Shown here: piece after piece, positions 1 to 7,912 of the stretch | How the letters are laid out: every line of letters begins with the position of its first letter | Numbering within the stretch: the stretch's first letter is position 1 | IMG/VR virus record: IMGVR_UViG_3300018080_000161 | Origin: an uncultured virus (IMG/VR IMGVR_UViG_3300018080_000161) | Taxonomy: Duplodnaviria; Heunggongvirae; Uroviricota; Caudoviricetes | Strand: one strand, 5' to 3' | DNA: 20,000 nucleotides | Notes under the pieces: model-generated | What the model saw: the letters and a program-made list of their open reading frames with translations, nothing else | Database searches by the model: none | What the model was told of the DNA's origin: nothing | Translations under genes and position numbers: made by a program

Positions 1-180
1 ACTGTACGCGGAGAAGCTCGAGGTCTTCTCGATGTCCACGGTGGTCGTGTACGCACCGTTGTAGGGCACCCCGTAGAGCTCGAGGTTGGCAATGATGATG
101 GTCTTGACCTCGTTCTGGGCGTTCGTGACGGTCACTGCCTCGAGCGCGGTCCTTTTCGCTTCCCAGTCGAGCTTCGCCAT
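1..180 (-). CDS. hypothetical protein, N-terminal part (runs off window)
   Basis: ATG at 180 opens MAKLDWEAKRTALEAVTVTNAQNEVKTIIIANLELYGVPY... with no stop to position 1; GC3-rich codons; -10-like TAAGCT 6 nt upstream. Confidence 0.75.
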   Translation of the reverse strand, partial: MAKLDWEAKRTALEAVTVTNAQNEVKTIIIANLELYGVPYNGAYTTTVDIEKTSSFSAYS

Positions 181-195
181 GAGCTCAGCTTACCA
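181..195 (-). promoter_or_regulatory. extended -10 leaderless promoter (TGgTAAGCT-6nt-ATG)
   Basis: Minus-strand TG-G-TAAGCT (hexamer at 192-187), then GAGCTC, then ATG at 180. Confidence 0.55.
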
Positions 196-203
196 TGCGC
201 GCC

Positions 204-238
204 AAAAGAGAAGGCCCCGACTTTCGTCGAGGCCCTCT
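204..238 (-). terminator. rho-independent terminator
   Basis: Minus strand GAGGGCCTCGAC-GAAA-GTCGGGGCCTTC followed by TCTTTT. Confidence 0.7.
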
Positions 239-268
239 AGACGGTTGCTGCACGCAACACAGTCTGGC
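204..268 (-). ncRNA. candidate ~65 nt two-hairpin small RNA
   Basis: Minus promoter TTGACT(302-297)-16-TACCCT(280-275), hairpin AGAC..GTTGC-GTGCA-GCAAC..GTCT, then the terminator; no ORF. Confidence 0.35.
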
Positions 269-287
269 CCTTCCAGGGTAACCCATC

Positions 288-321
288 TTGACAACAAGTC
301 AACACGTGATATGTTGGGGGC
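288..321 (+). promoter_or_regulatory. sigma70-type leaderless promoter
   Basis: TTGACA(288-293)-16-TATGTT(310-315) with TG extension, 6 nt to ATG 322. Confidence 0.8.
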
Positions 322-684
322 ATGCTCGACTTCAAAGAGGGCCAGTACGTGGTGGGTATCTGGTTCATCGCGTACGGGGACAAGGACATCCTCGCGACGC
401 TCGCGCAGGCCGAGAAGGGCTGGGTCATGCGCTGGCGCTTCCTGTACTACGTTCCGGAGCCCGGTCAGAAGGCGCAGAGCGCGTACACGGGCGAGCTACC
501 CGACGCGACTGAAGAAGAGGCGCTCGAGATCGCGAAGAAGAGCTTCCGCGAGATGGCGTTCGGGACAGGAGGCGAACTGCACGAGCTCCTCGTCCAGACC
601 TCGGACATGAGCGTCATCCTCGACCGGCTCCGGAAGCAGCCATGGTGCCACACGAAGAAAATCGACGCCCTGGTCGCAAATTGA
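322..684 (+). CDS. hypothetical protein
   Basis: 120 aa ORF directly after promoter, typical codon usage. Confidence 0.85.
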   Translation: MLDFKEGQYVVGIWFIAYGDKDILATLAQAEKGWVMRWRFLYYVPEPGQKAQSAYTGELPDATEEEALEIAKKSFREMAFGTGGELHELLVQTSDMSVILDRLRKQPWCHTKKIDALVAN

Positions 685-727
685 AGAAATCGACCACCTC
701 TATGTCCCAAAAACGGCTTCTCGCCGG

Positions 728-769
728 CAGTAGTTATCAGGAAGGCCGTCCCTTCCGGTGTAGCTACTG
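728..769 (+). other. long imperfect RNA hairpin immediately upstream of SD
   Basis: CAGTAGTTATCAGGAAGG-CCGTC-CCTTCCGGTGTAGCTACTG; AGGAGG follows at 772-777. Confidence 0.55.
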
Positions 770-782
770 ACAGGAGGTAGAG

Positions 783-1103
783 ATGAACGGCTGCGAACAC
801 GACTGGGAATACCAAGACAAGTACACCAAGCGGAGCTCCGACGTGCGGCGGCACAGGTGCCGCAAGTGCGGGATCTGGGCGTGGCAGACGAAGCCCAACC
901 GGTGGGACGGGTTCAAGCCCAAGCCTATCCGGCCGTACAGGGGGCCCGTGACGGAGCCGCTGTCCTCGTGGCTCAACTCCCTGTACCGGGAGCAGGAAAC
1001 GTGGGCTGAGCGCCCTCCTAGCCCCGGCAACGCCCGGATCGAAGAGACACCCATGGAGCTCGCGGTCTACGACCCCGAGTATCATGACCCCGGAGAGCTA
1101 TGA
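783..1103 (+). CDS. hypothetical protein with possible Zn-ribbon
   Basis: SD AGGAGG; C-x-H...C-x-x-C (CEH/CRKC); ATGA overlap with next gene. Confidence 0.75.
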   Translation: MNGCEHDWEYQDKYTKRSSDVRRHRCRKCGIWAWQTKPNRWDGFKPKPIRPYRGPVTEPLSSWLNSLYREQETWAERPPSPGNARIEETPMELAVYDPEYHDPGEL

Positions 1104-1837
1104 TCCGACCGTTCTTCACGTTCTACGGGGGCAAGTGGCGAGCTGTCCCGAAGTACCCGAGCCCTCAGTACCCCACGATCGTGGAACCGTTCGCCGGCAG
1201 CGCGGGGTATGCCGTCAGGTACGCCGACCGGCAGGTCATCTTGTGCGACACCGACCCGAAGATCACGAGGGTGTGGAGCTACCTCATCCACGTGAGCCCG
1301 GAGGAACTGCTCAACCTACCCGACCTGCCCGACCACGTCCACGTGGACACGCTCCCTGTCTGCCAGGAAGCCAAGTGGTTGATCGGCTACTGGTTGAACA
1401 AGGGCTCCGCGCAGCCACGCAACTTTCCTTCCGCGTGGATGCGCTCGAGGGTGCGTCCCGGCTCCTACTGGGGCGAACGGGTGAGGAAGGTGCTGGCCGC
1501 GCAGGTGCCTCTGATCAGGCACTGGAAGGTGTACGAGTGCAGTTACGAGCAGTGCCCATACGAGGGGCCCGCGACGTGGTTCCTCGACCCGCCCTACCAG
1601 CACGCGGGCAAGCACTACCAGCACGGTTCGAAATTCATCGACTACGAAGGGTTGGGCCAGTGGGCCCGAGCTCGACAAGGTCAAGTGATCGTCTGCGAGA
1701 ACGAAGGGGCGACGTGGCTCCCGTTCGAACCGCTGGGGGCAACGAAGGCCACCCCTGGTCGATTTCGGGAGGGTTACTCCAAGGAGGTGATAGCGACATG
1801 GCTCAATTCGAAATGTGGTTCGTGGTCCGGAGACTGA
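1100..1837 (+). CDS. DNA adenine methyltransferase, D12/Dam-like class
   Basis: Motifs FYGGKW, VEPFAGSAG (SAM binding) and catalytic DPPY in Dam-family order. Confidence 0.9.
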   Translation: MIRPFFTFYGGKWRAVPKYPSPQYPTIVEPFAGSAGYAVRYADRQVILCDTDPKITRVWSYLIHVSPEELLNLPDLPDHVHVDTLPVCQEAKWLIGYWLNKGSAQPRNFPSAWMRSRVRPGSYWGERVRKVLAAQVPLIRHWKVYECSYEQCPYEGPATWFLDPPYQHAGKHYQHGSKFIDYEGLGQWARARQGQVIVCENEGATWLPFEPLGATKATPGRFREGYSKEVIATWLNSKCGSWSGD

Positions 1838-2139
1838 GGCACCAACCGACGCTTCCGTCCGGCCGGACTCCCAAGGTCAAGCTCGAGTACGAGGTCGTGG
1901 GCGCTGTCTACCAGACCAAGGTGGAGGTGGCGCCGAAGGAGCAGGACGTCCTCGACCTGTTGCTCGGCCTCGAGTACCTCGACCGGGGCTACGATGACGA
2001 CGACAACCCGCTGTTCACCGTCAAGGACGTCATGCACGACGACAGCGGCAAGTTCACCGTGGACACCGGGGAGTTCTGGATCGAACTGCGTCCCGTCAAG
2101 CCGCCCCCGCTCGCGATTCCGGTAACCCACCCCTGCTAA
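1798..2139 (+). CDS. hypothetical protein
   Basis: SD AGGAGGTG then ATG 1798 (MAQFEMWFVV...); 40 nt overlap with MTase 3' end. Confidence 0.75.
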   Translation: MAQFEMWFVVRRLRHQPTLPSGRTPKVKLEYEVVGAVYQTKVEVAPKEQDVLDLLLGLEYLDRGYDDDDNPLFTVKDVMHDDSGKFTVDTGEFWIELRPVKPPPLAIPVTHPC

Positions 2140-2242
2140 TCAACTTCAAACATTCAGGGCAAACGCACCTTTTCTCGAGCACTTGCGGGATTGAGCTTGC
2201 CAATAACTGATTTTTGCGAGACTGTGGGTTCCAGAAACAGGA

Positions 2243-2281
2243 AAGGCGACGTTGCCGCGTCGCCTTCCACCCCGCAAGGGG
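2243..2281 (+). other. two tandem hairpins in 5' leader
   Basis: AAGGCGACG-TTGCCG-CGTCGCCTT and CCCC-GCAA-GGGG just before SD AGGAGG of ORF 2299. Confidence 0.5.
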
Positions 2282-2298
2282 AGACATAGGAGGACCCA

Positions 2299-2988
2299 AT
2301 GTCTGAAGAAACGGTGCCTGAGAGCACGCCCGAAGTCAATGGAAACGGCAAGTACCAAGGGGGCACGGTAGCGGACGCCATCGCGTGGTGCGACGACAAG
2401 GTCAAGAGACACGACCTGGGGAGTGAGAAGTCGCAGCATGTCCGAGCTCTCGGCTATCTCGCGGTCGGCATCCAAGACGACGAGGACCACAGCGCCGCCT
2501 GGGCACGCAAGCACCTCGCGATGCTGAAGGAGCGGTGGATTCACCGGACCAACGGGAAGGCTAAGTCCGGACGAGTCTACGAGACCAAGGCAGCCTTCGT
2601 TCTCGACAACTACATGCGCTGGCTCGAGAACCCGGCCGGCTTCGAGTTTCAGGGACTGCGCGCACCGAAGACCCCGAAGGTGCCGAAGCCGCCGAAGATG
2701 CCGAGCTCCGAGCCGGCACCAGAACCTCAAACTCCCGAAGAGGACTGCGTGAACGAGATCATTCACTGCTCTCTTCCGGACGGCACGTACGCCCAGATCG
2801 TTCTACCCGGCCACTTCAGCCGTCATACTCTCGAGCTCGAGCACGTCATTGCCATCGCTGAGTGTCTGGCGACGAATGCAGGGCTGACCCCGGAAGAGGC
2901 TGGGCATGTCGGAGCTCGCATGGCGATGAGGAGCTTCGAATACGACTACACCCGTGGGGCTCCGGAGCAGATGTTCGGAAATGGTTGA
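2299..2988 (+). CDS. hypothetical protein (two regions joined by Pro/Lys-rich linker)
   Basis: SD AGGAGG; 229 aa; PKTPKVPKPPK linker. Confidence 0.8.
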   Translation: MSEETVPESTPEVNGNGKYQGGTVADAIAWCDDKVKRHDLGSEKSQHVRALGYLAVGIQDDEDHSAAWARKHLAMLKERWIHRTNGKAKSGRVYETKAAFVLDNYMRWLENPAGFEFQGLRAPKTPKVPKPPKMPSSEPAPEPQTPEEDCVNEIIHCSLPDGTYAQIVLPGHFSRHTLELEHVIAIAECLATNAGLTPEEAGHVGARMAMRSFEYDYTRGAPEQMFGNG

Positions 2989-3028
2989 CTTTGTGTTTTG
3001 CTGTTGCTAAACAGCTAAACATGAAGTT
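2985..3028 (+). promoter_or_regulatory. leaderless promoter with overlapping inverted repeat (putative operator/hairpin)
   Basis: TTGACT(2985-2990)-17-TAAACA(3008-3013), 7 nt to ATG 3021; IR TGTTTTGCTGTT-GCTA-AACAGCTAAACA (2994-3021). Confidence 0.65.
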
Positions 3029-3359
3029 CGGAGAACGTCTTCGGGCGTTGCGTAAGCAGCGCGGGTTGGGACTCAGGGAGTTTTCGAAGAAAGCGGGGCT
3101 GAGTCCGACCTACATCTCCCGGCTCGAGAACGGCAAAGAGAACGAGCCGCGCAAGGAAAAGACACTGCTGAAGATGGCAGCCGCGCTCGAGGTGGACCCG
3201 GATTTCCTCCTCGCGTGCGTCGGGGAGGTCTCGTCCGTGGTGCGTGCCCGGATGAAGGCCAACCCCGTGCTCTTCTCGTTCGTGATCAAGATGCTCGAGG
3301 AGGGTCCGGAAGATCAGATAGAGAGGGCCACGCGGGCAGTCCGCGATGGAAAGTGGTGA
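3021..3359 (+). CDS. XRE-family helix-turn-helix transcriptional regulator
   Basis: MKFGERLRALRKQRGLGLREFSKKAGLSPTYISRLENG...LKMAAALEVDPDFLL is a canonical HTH_3 pattern. Confidence 0.92.
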   Translation: MKFGERLRALRKQRGLGLREFSKKAGLSPTYISRLENGKENEPRKEKTLLKMAAALEVDPDFLLACVGEVSSVVRARMKANPVLFSFVIKMLEEGPEDQIERATRAVRDGKW

Positions 3360-3371
3360 AAGGAACGACCC

Positions 3372-4574
3372 ATGTTGCAGCTCATCAACAATACGCTTTT
3401 GTTTGCCTTCCCGAACGTCCATCCGGACTGCAAGGTCGGCGTCGAGTTCATCCGCACCTTCCGCATCCCAGACGACGGCAAGACGTACCCGCTGCCGCCG
3501 AACTGCGGACGGTTCCCCCTGAAGCTGGTCGACGAGTACCAGGGGCGCGTGCATCCGGACTGGGTGAAGCGCGGGGGCATCTTCCTGCCGATGTACCAGG
3601 CCGAGGCGCTCTGGATCAACTTCAAGCCGCACCGCGTGACCCGGCGCCGGGCCGAGTACCCGTTCGCTCTCAAGATCAGCGCGGGCAAGCGCAGCGCGGT
3701 CACGGGCAAGAAGTGGGCAGCCGTCCTGAAGGAAGGGGACTACGTCATCGTCCCGAGCCAGCCCTGGCTCGACGGCTTCGTCGTGAGCGAAGGCAAGATC
3801 AAGCAGTTCATCGCGGCCCCGTTGGGCAGCGGGGTGACGGTCGAAGGCCAGCTCACGGGCGAGGAGAAGTTCGGCGGCATCCAGATCGAAGTGTTCCCGA
3901 TGAAGTACGAGGAATTCGACAAGCGCTTCCCGAAGATCAAGGAACGCAAGGGCATCCTGCGCTCCCGCTCCCGGTCGCTGGGAGAAGATGACGGGTTCGT
4001 AGCTACGATGGACTGCGCGATACCCGCTAGCGCAGACGACGGCGCGCAGACGATGGACTGGATGGGTGCCGAACAGGAGACGCAGACCAAGGGTGGACTC
4101 ATCTGCAACTGCGCGATACCCGAGCGTGCTGCCGGCCCTGCGGCTGCCGGGGGCGTCATCAAGCCCTGCGGCATCTCCAAGGGCATGGGCATGGCAGCGG
4201 GCGGCTCAATGCGACAAGAGGTCTACGACGACAAGTTCGGCTTCGACGTCTGGGACCGTGAGGCGGCGCCGGCCAGCGAGCGGCGCGTGTTCGTGCACCT
4301 CGCCAACTCGCAGCTCTGGCGGGCCATCACCGACGAGTCGCCTCCCTCGACTCCGGTCACGGCCGAGCAGGCGCAGCGCTACGGCTACCCGTGGTTCGAC
4401 TTCTACAACGACGACTACGACGTGAGCCTGATCGGTGCGTCGAAGAAGATGAAGAAGGTCAAGAGCATGGGCGAGCTCAAGCCCGAGATGTTGCCCGAGA
4501 ACCAGAGCGTGAAGGTCCCCAAGTGCAAGGTGGTGAAGGTCAACCCAGGGCAGGTCCGAAACGGCTCTTGGTAA
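3372..4574 (+). CDS. conserved protein of unknown function
   Basis: 400 aa; motifs RTFRIPDDGKTYPLPP, PMYQAEALWINF, QPWLDGF, QFIAAPLGSG, MGMAAGG, YPWFDFY match an uncharacterised family I recall from bacteria and fungi. Confidence 0.8.
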   Translation: MLQLINNTLLFAFPNVHPDCKVGVEFIRTFRIPDDGKTYPLPPNCGRFPLKLVDEYQGRVHPDWVKRGGIFLPMYQAEALWINFKPHRVTRRRAEYPFALKISAGKRSAVTGKKWAAVLKEGDYVIVPSQPWLDGFVVSEGKIKQFIAAPLGSGVTVEGQLTGEEKFGGIQIEVFPMKYEEFDKRFPKIKERKGILRSRSRSLGEDDGFVATMDCAIPASADDGAQTMDWMGAEQETQTKGGLICNCAIPERAAGPAAAGGVIKPCGISKGMGMAAGGSMRQEVYDDKFGFDVWDREAAPASERRVFVHLANSQLWRAITDESPPSTPVTAEQAQRYGYPWFDFYNDDYDVSLIGASKKMKKVKSMGELKPEMLPENQSVKVPKCKVVKVNPGQVRNGSW

Positions 4575-4602
4575 GCCCGCACGGCTGCGGTAGACTCACC
4601 GC
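4568..4602 (+). promoter_or_regulatory. leaderless promoter, TAGACT class
   Basis: TTGGTA(4568-4573)-17-TAGACT(4591-4596), 6 nt to ATG 4603. Confidence 0.6.
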
Positions 4603-4857
4603 ATGCCTTCTCCTCTAGAGCTCGCTCGCCAGCACTACCGCGATCAGGCCGAGGCCCGGCCCCGCATCAACCGACAAGATCCGCCTGACGGCATGGACAT
4701 CTTCGATGCCGGCTTGGAAGGCGCCGCGAAGGAGCTCGCACAGATCAAGAAGCTCCGCTCCCAGAAGCCTCCCAGGTGGAACGACATCCGGAGGTCAGTC
4801 GCGGAGCTCGAGAACTGGGCGAACCAGATGGCCGAGGGAGCCGCACAGGAGAAATGA
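4603..4857 (+). CDS. hypothetical protein
   Basis: 84 aa ORF after promoter, coupled to next gene. Confidence 0.75.
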   Translation: MPSPLELARQHYRDQAEARPRINRQDPPDGMDIFDAGLEGAAKELAQIKKLRSQKPPRWNDIRRSVAELENWANQMAEGAAQEK

Positions 4858-4859
4858 CC

Positions 4860-5384
4860 ATGAGCCTTCAGAACCTGATCGACGAGAGCCGCGCGCTGCT
4901 CGAGGACGAGTGGCGCGACGCGGCCGAGGTTGCCAAGCAGGCGGCTGACAAGTACTTCGCGGCCCTCCGCTCTCCCTACAAGAAGACGCGAGGCGGCGAC
5001 GGGTGGACGAGCGACGTGCAGGTCGAGGTCCCCTACAAGGAAGGCGGGGGCTCCTCGCACCGGTCGGTCTGGGTGCAGTTCCGGGGCCAGCATTTCCCCA
5101 AGGGACCGCAAGCAGGCTACAACTTCTCGATCCAACTCACGGGCCCGAGCGGCGTCCACAACTGGCCGGACGAGTTCTTCCAGATCTACGGCCGCGCCGA
5201 AGAGGCCCTCGGCAAGTGGGGCAACAGCAACCTGCGTCAGTTCGGCAAGGTCACGTGGAATCCTGACGACGGCCAGGGCATGGCGGCCGTGTGGGTCATG
5301 ATCGACGACAAGAAGGTGGAGCTCGCCTTCAAGAAGATTCCCGAGCTCGCGAAGAAGCTGGCCTCCTCGCTGAACTTCAAGTAG
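4860..5384 (+). CDS. hypothetical protein with shared N-terminal leader motif
   Basis: SD AGGAGA; MSLQNLIDESRALLED... (alternative start 4854); followed by terminator. Confidence 0.8.
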   Translation: MSLQNLIDESRALLEDEWRDAAEVAKQAADKYFAALRSPYKKTRGGDGWTSDVQVEVPYKEGGGSSHRSVWVQFRGQHFPKGPQAGYNFSIQLTGPSGVHNWPDEFFQIYGRAEEALGKWGNSNLRQFGKVTWNPDDGQGMAAVWVMIDDKKVELAFKKIPELAKKLASSLNFK

Positions 5385-5411
5385 CGTCGTCTCGCTGTTC
5401 GCAGCAGCACT

Positions 5412-5455
5412 GGGATCGGATGGTGGCCCCCTACCATTCCGGTCCCTTTGCTTTT
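5412..5455 (+). terminator. rho-independent terminator
   Basis: GGGATCGGATGGTGG-loop-CTACCATTCCGGTCCC followed by TTTGCTTTT. Confidence 0.7.
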
Positions 5456-5487
5456 CACCTCCCTTGAGATCGGTGTAGACTCCAACC
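5454..5487 (+). promoter_or_regulatory. leaderless promoter, TAGACT class
   Basis: TAGACT(5476-5481), 6 nt to ATG 5488; only a weak -35 (TTCACC). Confidence 0.55.
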
Positions 5488-5775
5488 ATGGAACTCCACG
5501 AGAAGGTGCAAGCGTGCCGTGCGATCCTCGAGGGCAAGAGCTGGCCCGCGAAGAACGTCAACTACAACATCCACAACAAGGCCCTGCGCAACGGGATGGT
5601 CATCCATCTCAAGAAGCTGGGAGCTGGTACGGCGGCGCACTACCTCGACCGCAGACAGTTCCGCAAGGCAGTCGCCGAGCTCGAGAACTTCATCGACCTG
5701 GTCGAGAAGGGTCAGATCCAAAGCGACCTGGGCGAACTGTCGAAGCTGCTCAAGGCAGTCCGTAGCGCGGTCTAG
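5488..5775 (+). CDS. hypothetical protein with shared N-terminal leader motif
   Basis: MELHEKVQACRAILEG...; 95 aa, basic. Confidence 0.8.
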   Translation: MELHEKVQACRAILEGKSWPAKNVNYNIHNKALRNGMVIHLKKLGAGTAAHYLDRRQFRKAVAELENFIDLVEKGQIQSDLGELSKLLKAVRSAV

Positions 5776-5783
5776 GAGGCATC

Positions 5784-6137
5784 ATGGCGCGTCTTGCAAG
5801 ACTCATCTCGGAGATGACTGCGGCCGAGGACATCAACGCTTTCAACACGAAGCTCGCCCGGCTGTTCCAGAAGCTGAAGAAGGACGCGGCTGCCAAGAGC
5901 ATCGCACAGAACTACAAGGGTACCGGCTCGCAGAAGTTCCGGCGCCAGCTCTGGATCCGGTTCAAGAGCGGCGCGGTCATCGACGTCTGGCTCGAGAACA
6001 ACCTCAAGCTGGGCGGGGTCGTGATGAACGGGATCGGTCACCCCATCTCGACACGGTTGGTCAAGTACGACGACAAGACCCCCGAGCAGGTCTACGCCGA
6101 AGCGAGCAGGATTCTCAACGCTTGGGCCAACGGCTGA
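5784..6137 (+). CDS. hypothetical protein with shared leader; weak resemblance to DarA/Hdf-type domain
   Basis: SD AGGAGG; MARLARLISEMTAAED...; DarA similarity is by eye only. Confidence 0.8.
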   Translation: MARLARLISEMTAAEDINAFNTKLARLFQKLKKDAAAKSIAQNYKGTGSQKFRRQLWIRFKSGAVIDVWLENNLKLGGVVMNGIGHPISTRLVKYDDKTPEQVYAEASRILNAWANG

Positions 6138-6138
6138 C

Positions 6139-6172
6139 TTGACAACGCCAAAGCACGTGATATGTTGGTCAC
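6139..6172 (+). promoter_or_regulatory. sigma70-type leaderless promoter
   Basis: TTGACA(6139-6144)-16-TATGTT(6161-6166), 6 nt to GTG 6173; shares CACGTGATATGTTGG with the 288 promoter. Confidence 0.8.
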
Positions 6173-6649
6173 GTGGCAGGGCTATTATCATTCCAAGACA
6201 AGCAGGTTCCCGAACGCTCCGTTGCGCTCGTGGCCTTTCCCGGCGGCTCCGTCGTCTTCGCGCGTGGTCGTCTTCTGACTGAAGAGATCAGGGAGAACGG
6301 CTACAACGCCGAGGACGTCGGGTTGCTCGGCGTCCGCGACAAGTGGAGCGACGGGCCAGCGGCAGGACTGTGGGTCTGGGAGGGTCAAGCCGAGGTCGTC
6401 AAGAGCGAGACGCAGGAAGGCGTCGAGTACGACCTTGAGTTCAACGGACAGTGGCGAGCTCCTTCCAACATCGAGTGGGCCAAGATCCAAAGGGGCCAGA
6501 ACCCCTTCCCCGAGACTCCCGTCACGCTGCGTGACCGCGTGAGCACTGCCATCATGGAGTGCACGCGCTTCCACAACTTCGAGGAGTCCGATTGGCGAGG
6601 CTTGCGTGACGAGGTGCTCGAAATCATCGACGAGGAGACGAAGACGTGA
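6173..6649 (+). CDS. hypothetical protein
   Basis: 158 aa, GTG start after promoter, GTGA-coupled to next gene. Confidence 0.8.
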   Translation: MAGLLSFQDKQVPERSVALVAFPGGSVVFARGRLLTEEIRENGYNAEDVGLLGVRDKWSDGPAAGLWVWEGQAEVVKSETQEGVEYDLEFNGQWRAPSNIEWAKIQRGQNPFPETPVTLRDRVSTAIMECTRFHNFEESDWRGLRDEVLEIIDEETKT

Positions 6650-7266
6650 GCGACGACAACACCCAAGACGACGGACCCGAAGTACCTGACATCGAGTGCG
6701 AAGCCGAGGACGTGCAGAGCGCGTCGAGCGGGCTCGTCTGCGAAGAGCTCCCCGACCCCTTCGAAGGCAAGCGGCAGGAGATCACGGAGGAGGACAGCCA
6801 AGACGTGATCAAGGGGTGGTACGAGGAAGCGAAGAAACAGACGGCCGACACCATCAGCGACTTCGTCAAGCACCTCGTGAACGACTACCAGCACGACTAC
6901 GGCACCATCTGCCACGCGTGCGCGGCGGCTGCGGTAGGTGCCACGTGGGCGGTCGACCACGACAAGTTCCAAGGGGGCATCACGGGCTTCCAGGCCGGCG
7001 CCATCATGTGGGAGTACGTCAAGCACTGGCTCCACAAGGAAGGCCCCCTGCGCCTGCAAGAGATGTACAACCTGCTCTACCCCCAGTACGAGCGGCACTT
7101 CAACGCCATCCACCCCAGGACGTGGGAGGCGGTCCAGGCAGAAGCACGCAGGCGAGTCGCCGAGGTCGAAGCCGGTGACAACAAGATGTGCGAGAGCGTT
7201 TTCAAGCACATGAAGAGCATCGCGGAGGGCAACGTTCCCTTCGGGCTCAAGATAGACGAGGACTGA
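6646..7266 (+). CDS. conserved phage-type hypothetical protein
   Basis: 206 aa; HDYGTICHA...GGITGFQAG..MW..LLYPQY..VPFG motifs; SD GAGGAG. Confidence 0.85.
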   Translation: MSDDNTQDDGPEVPDIECEAEDVQSASSGLVCEELPDPFEGKRQEITEEDSQDVIKGWYEEAKKQTADTISDFVKHLVNDYQHDYGTICHACAAAAVGATWAVDHDKFQGGITGFQAGAIMWEYVKHWLHKEGPLRLQEMYNLLYPQYERHFNAIHPRTWEAVQAEARRRVAEVEAGDNKMCESVFKHMKSIAEGNVPFGLKIDED

Positions 7267-7490
7267 TGCCGCGCCGGATCCACAGCGACGTCGGGAAGGT
7301 GTTCGCCTTGGCGAAGGCTGCCTGCGGTTCGATGGAAGCGGGCGAGGCCAGAGAGACACTCACGTGGTTGGAGAAGGTGAGAGCCGAAACACTCGAGCAA
7401 CTTCGAGACTACCAAGAGATCGGTGACCCCGAGGCCGTGAAGCGCCTCAAGCAACTCAAGCAGATCAAAAAGATCCTACTGAAGGACTGA
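7266..7490 (+). CDS. hypothetical protein
   Basis: TGATG coupling; MPRRIHSD... Confidence 0.7.
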   Translation: MPRRIHSDVGKVFALAKAACGSMEAGEARETLTWLEKVRAETLEQLRDYQEIGDPEAVKRLKQLKQIKKILLKD

Positions 7491-7492
7491 CC

Positions 7493-7912
7493 ATGGACGA
7501 GATGACCAAGCGCGAGGCTCTGCGCCTCATCCAGCAACTCGAGGACGGAGTCGGCAACGACGAGGACGGCGAGCAACTCGACTTGCTGAAACAGCTTCGC
7601 GAGAAGCTGGGCACGACCACGCCGAAGTTCACCGACCCGCAGACGGCTGCTACCTACATCAAGCAGTTCGCGCACGACCTGGTCGCGGCCAACCTCAACA
7701 AGGTGAACCCGGATCCCAAGACCGACCTTCAGACCATCGACTGGATCGGGACGAGCCTGCTCATGCAAGGAGCCGTCGTGCTCATGCAGGCGGGCTGTCC
7801 CCCTCAAGTCGTCATGCAACGCGTTCACGCTGCTGCCATGGAGCTCCAACAGGCACTCGGCGGCGGAGCGGCGCCTCCTCCCGCCGAACCGAAGAGCAAG
7901 CTGATCGTCTGA
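7493..7912 (+). CDS. hypothetical protein
   Basis: 139 aa, SD AAGGA. Confidence 0.8.
   Translation: MDEMTKREALRLIQQLEDGVGNDEDGEQLDLLKQLREKLGTTTPKFTDPQTAATYIKQFAHDLVAANLNKVNPDPKTDLQTIDWIGTSLLMQGAVVLMQAGCPPQVVMQRVHAAAMELQQALGGGAAPPPAEPKSKLIV

Noticed and set aside
1084..1797. 5' extension of the 351 aa ORF 1084-2139
   Set aside because: Overlaps the MTase out of frame and is Arg/Pro-rich; the real start is 1798 with SD AGGAGGTG
1100..2139. Restriction-modification pair
   Set aside because: Flanking ORFs show no convincing PD-(D/E)xK, HNH or GIY-YIG motif
2862..3020. N-terminal extension of the XRE ORF
   Set aside because: Overlaps the upstream gene and promoter; the HTH begins at ATG 3021
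288..6175. Repeated CACGTGATATGTTGG as CRISPR repeat or att site
   Set aside because: Only two copies, both explained as promoter cores; no spacers, cas genes or integrase
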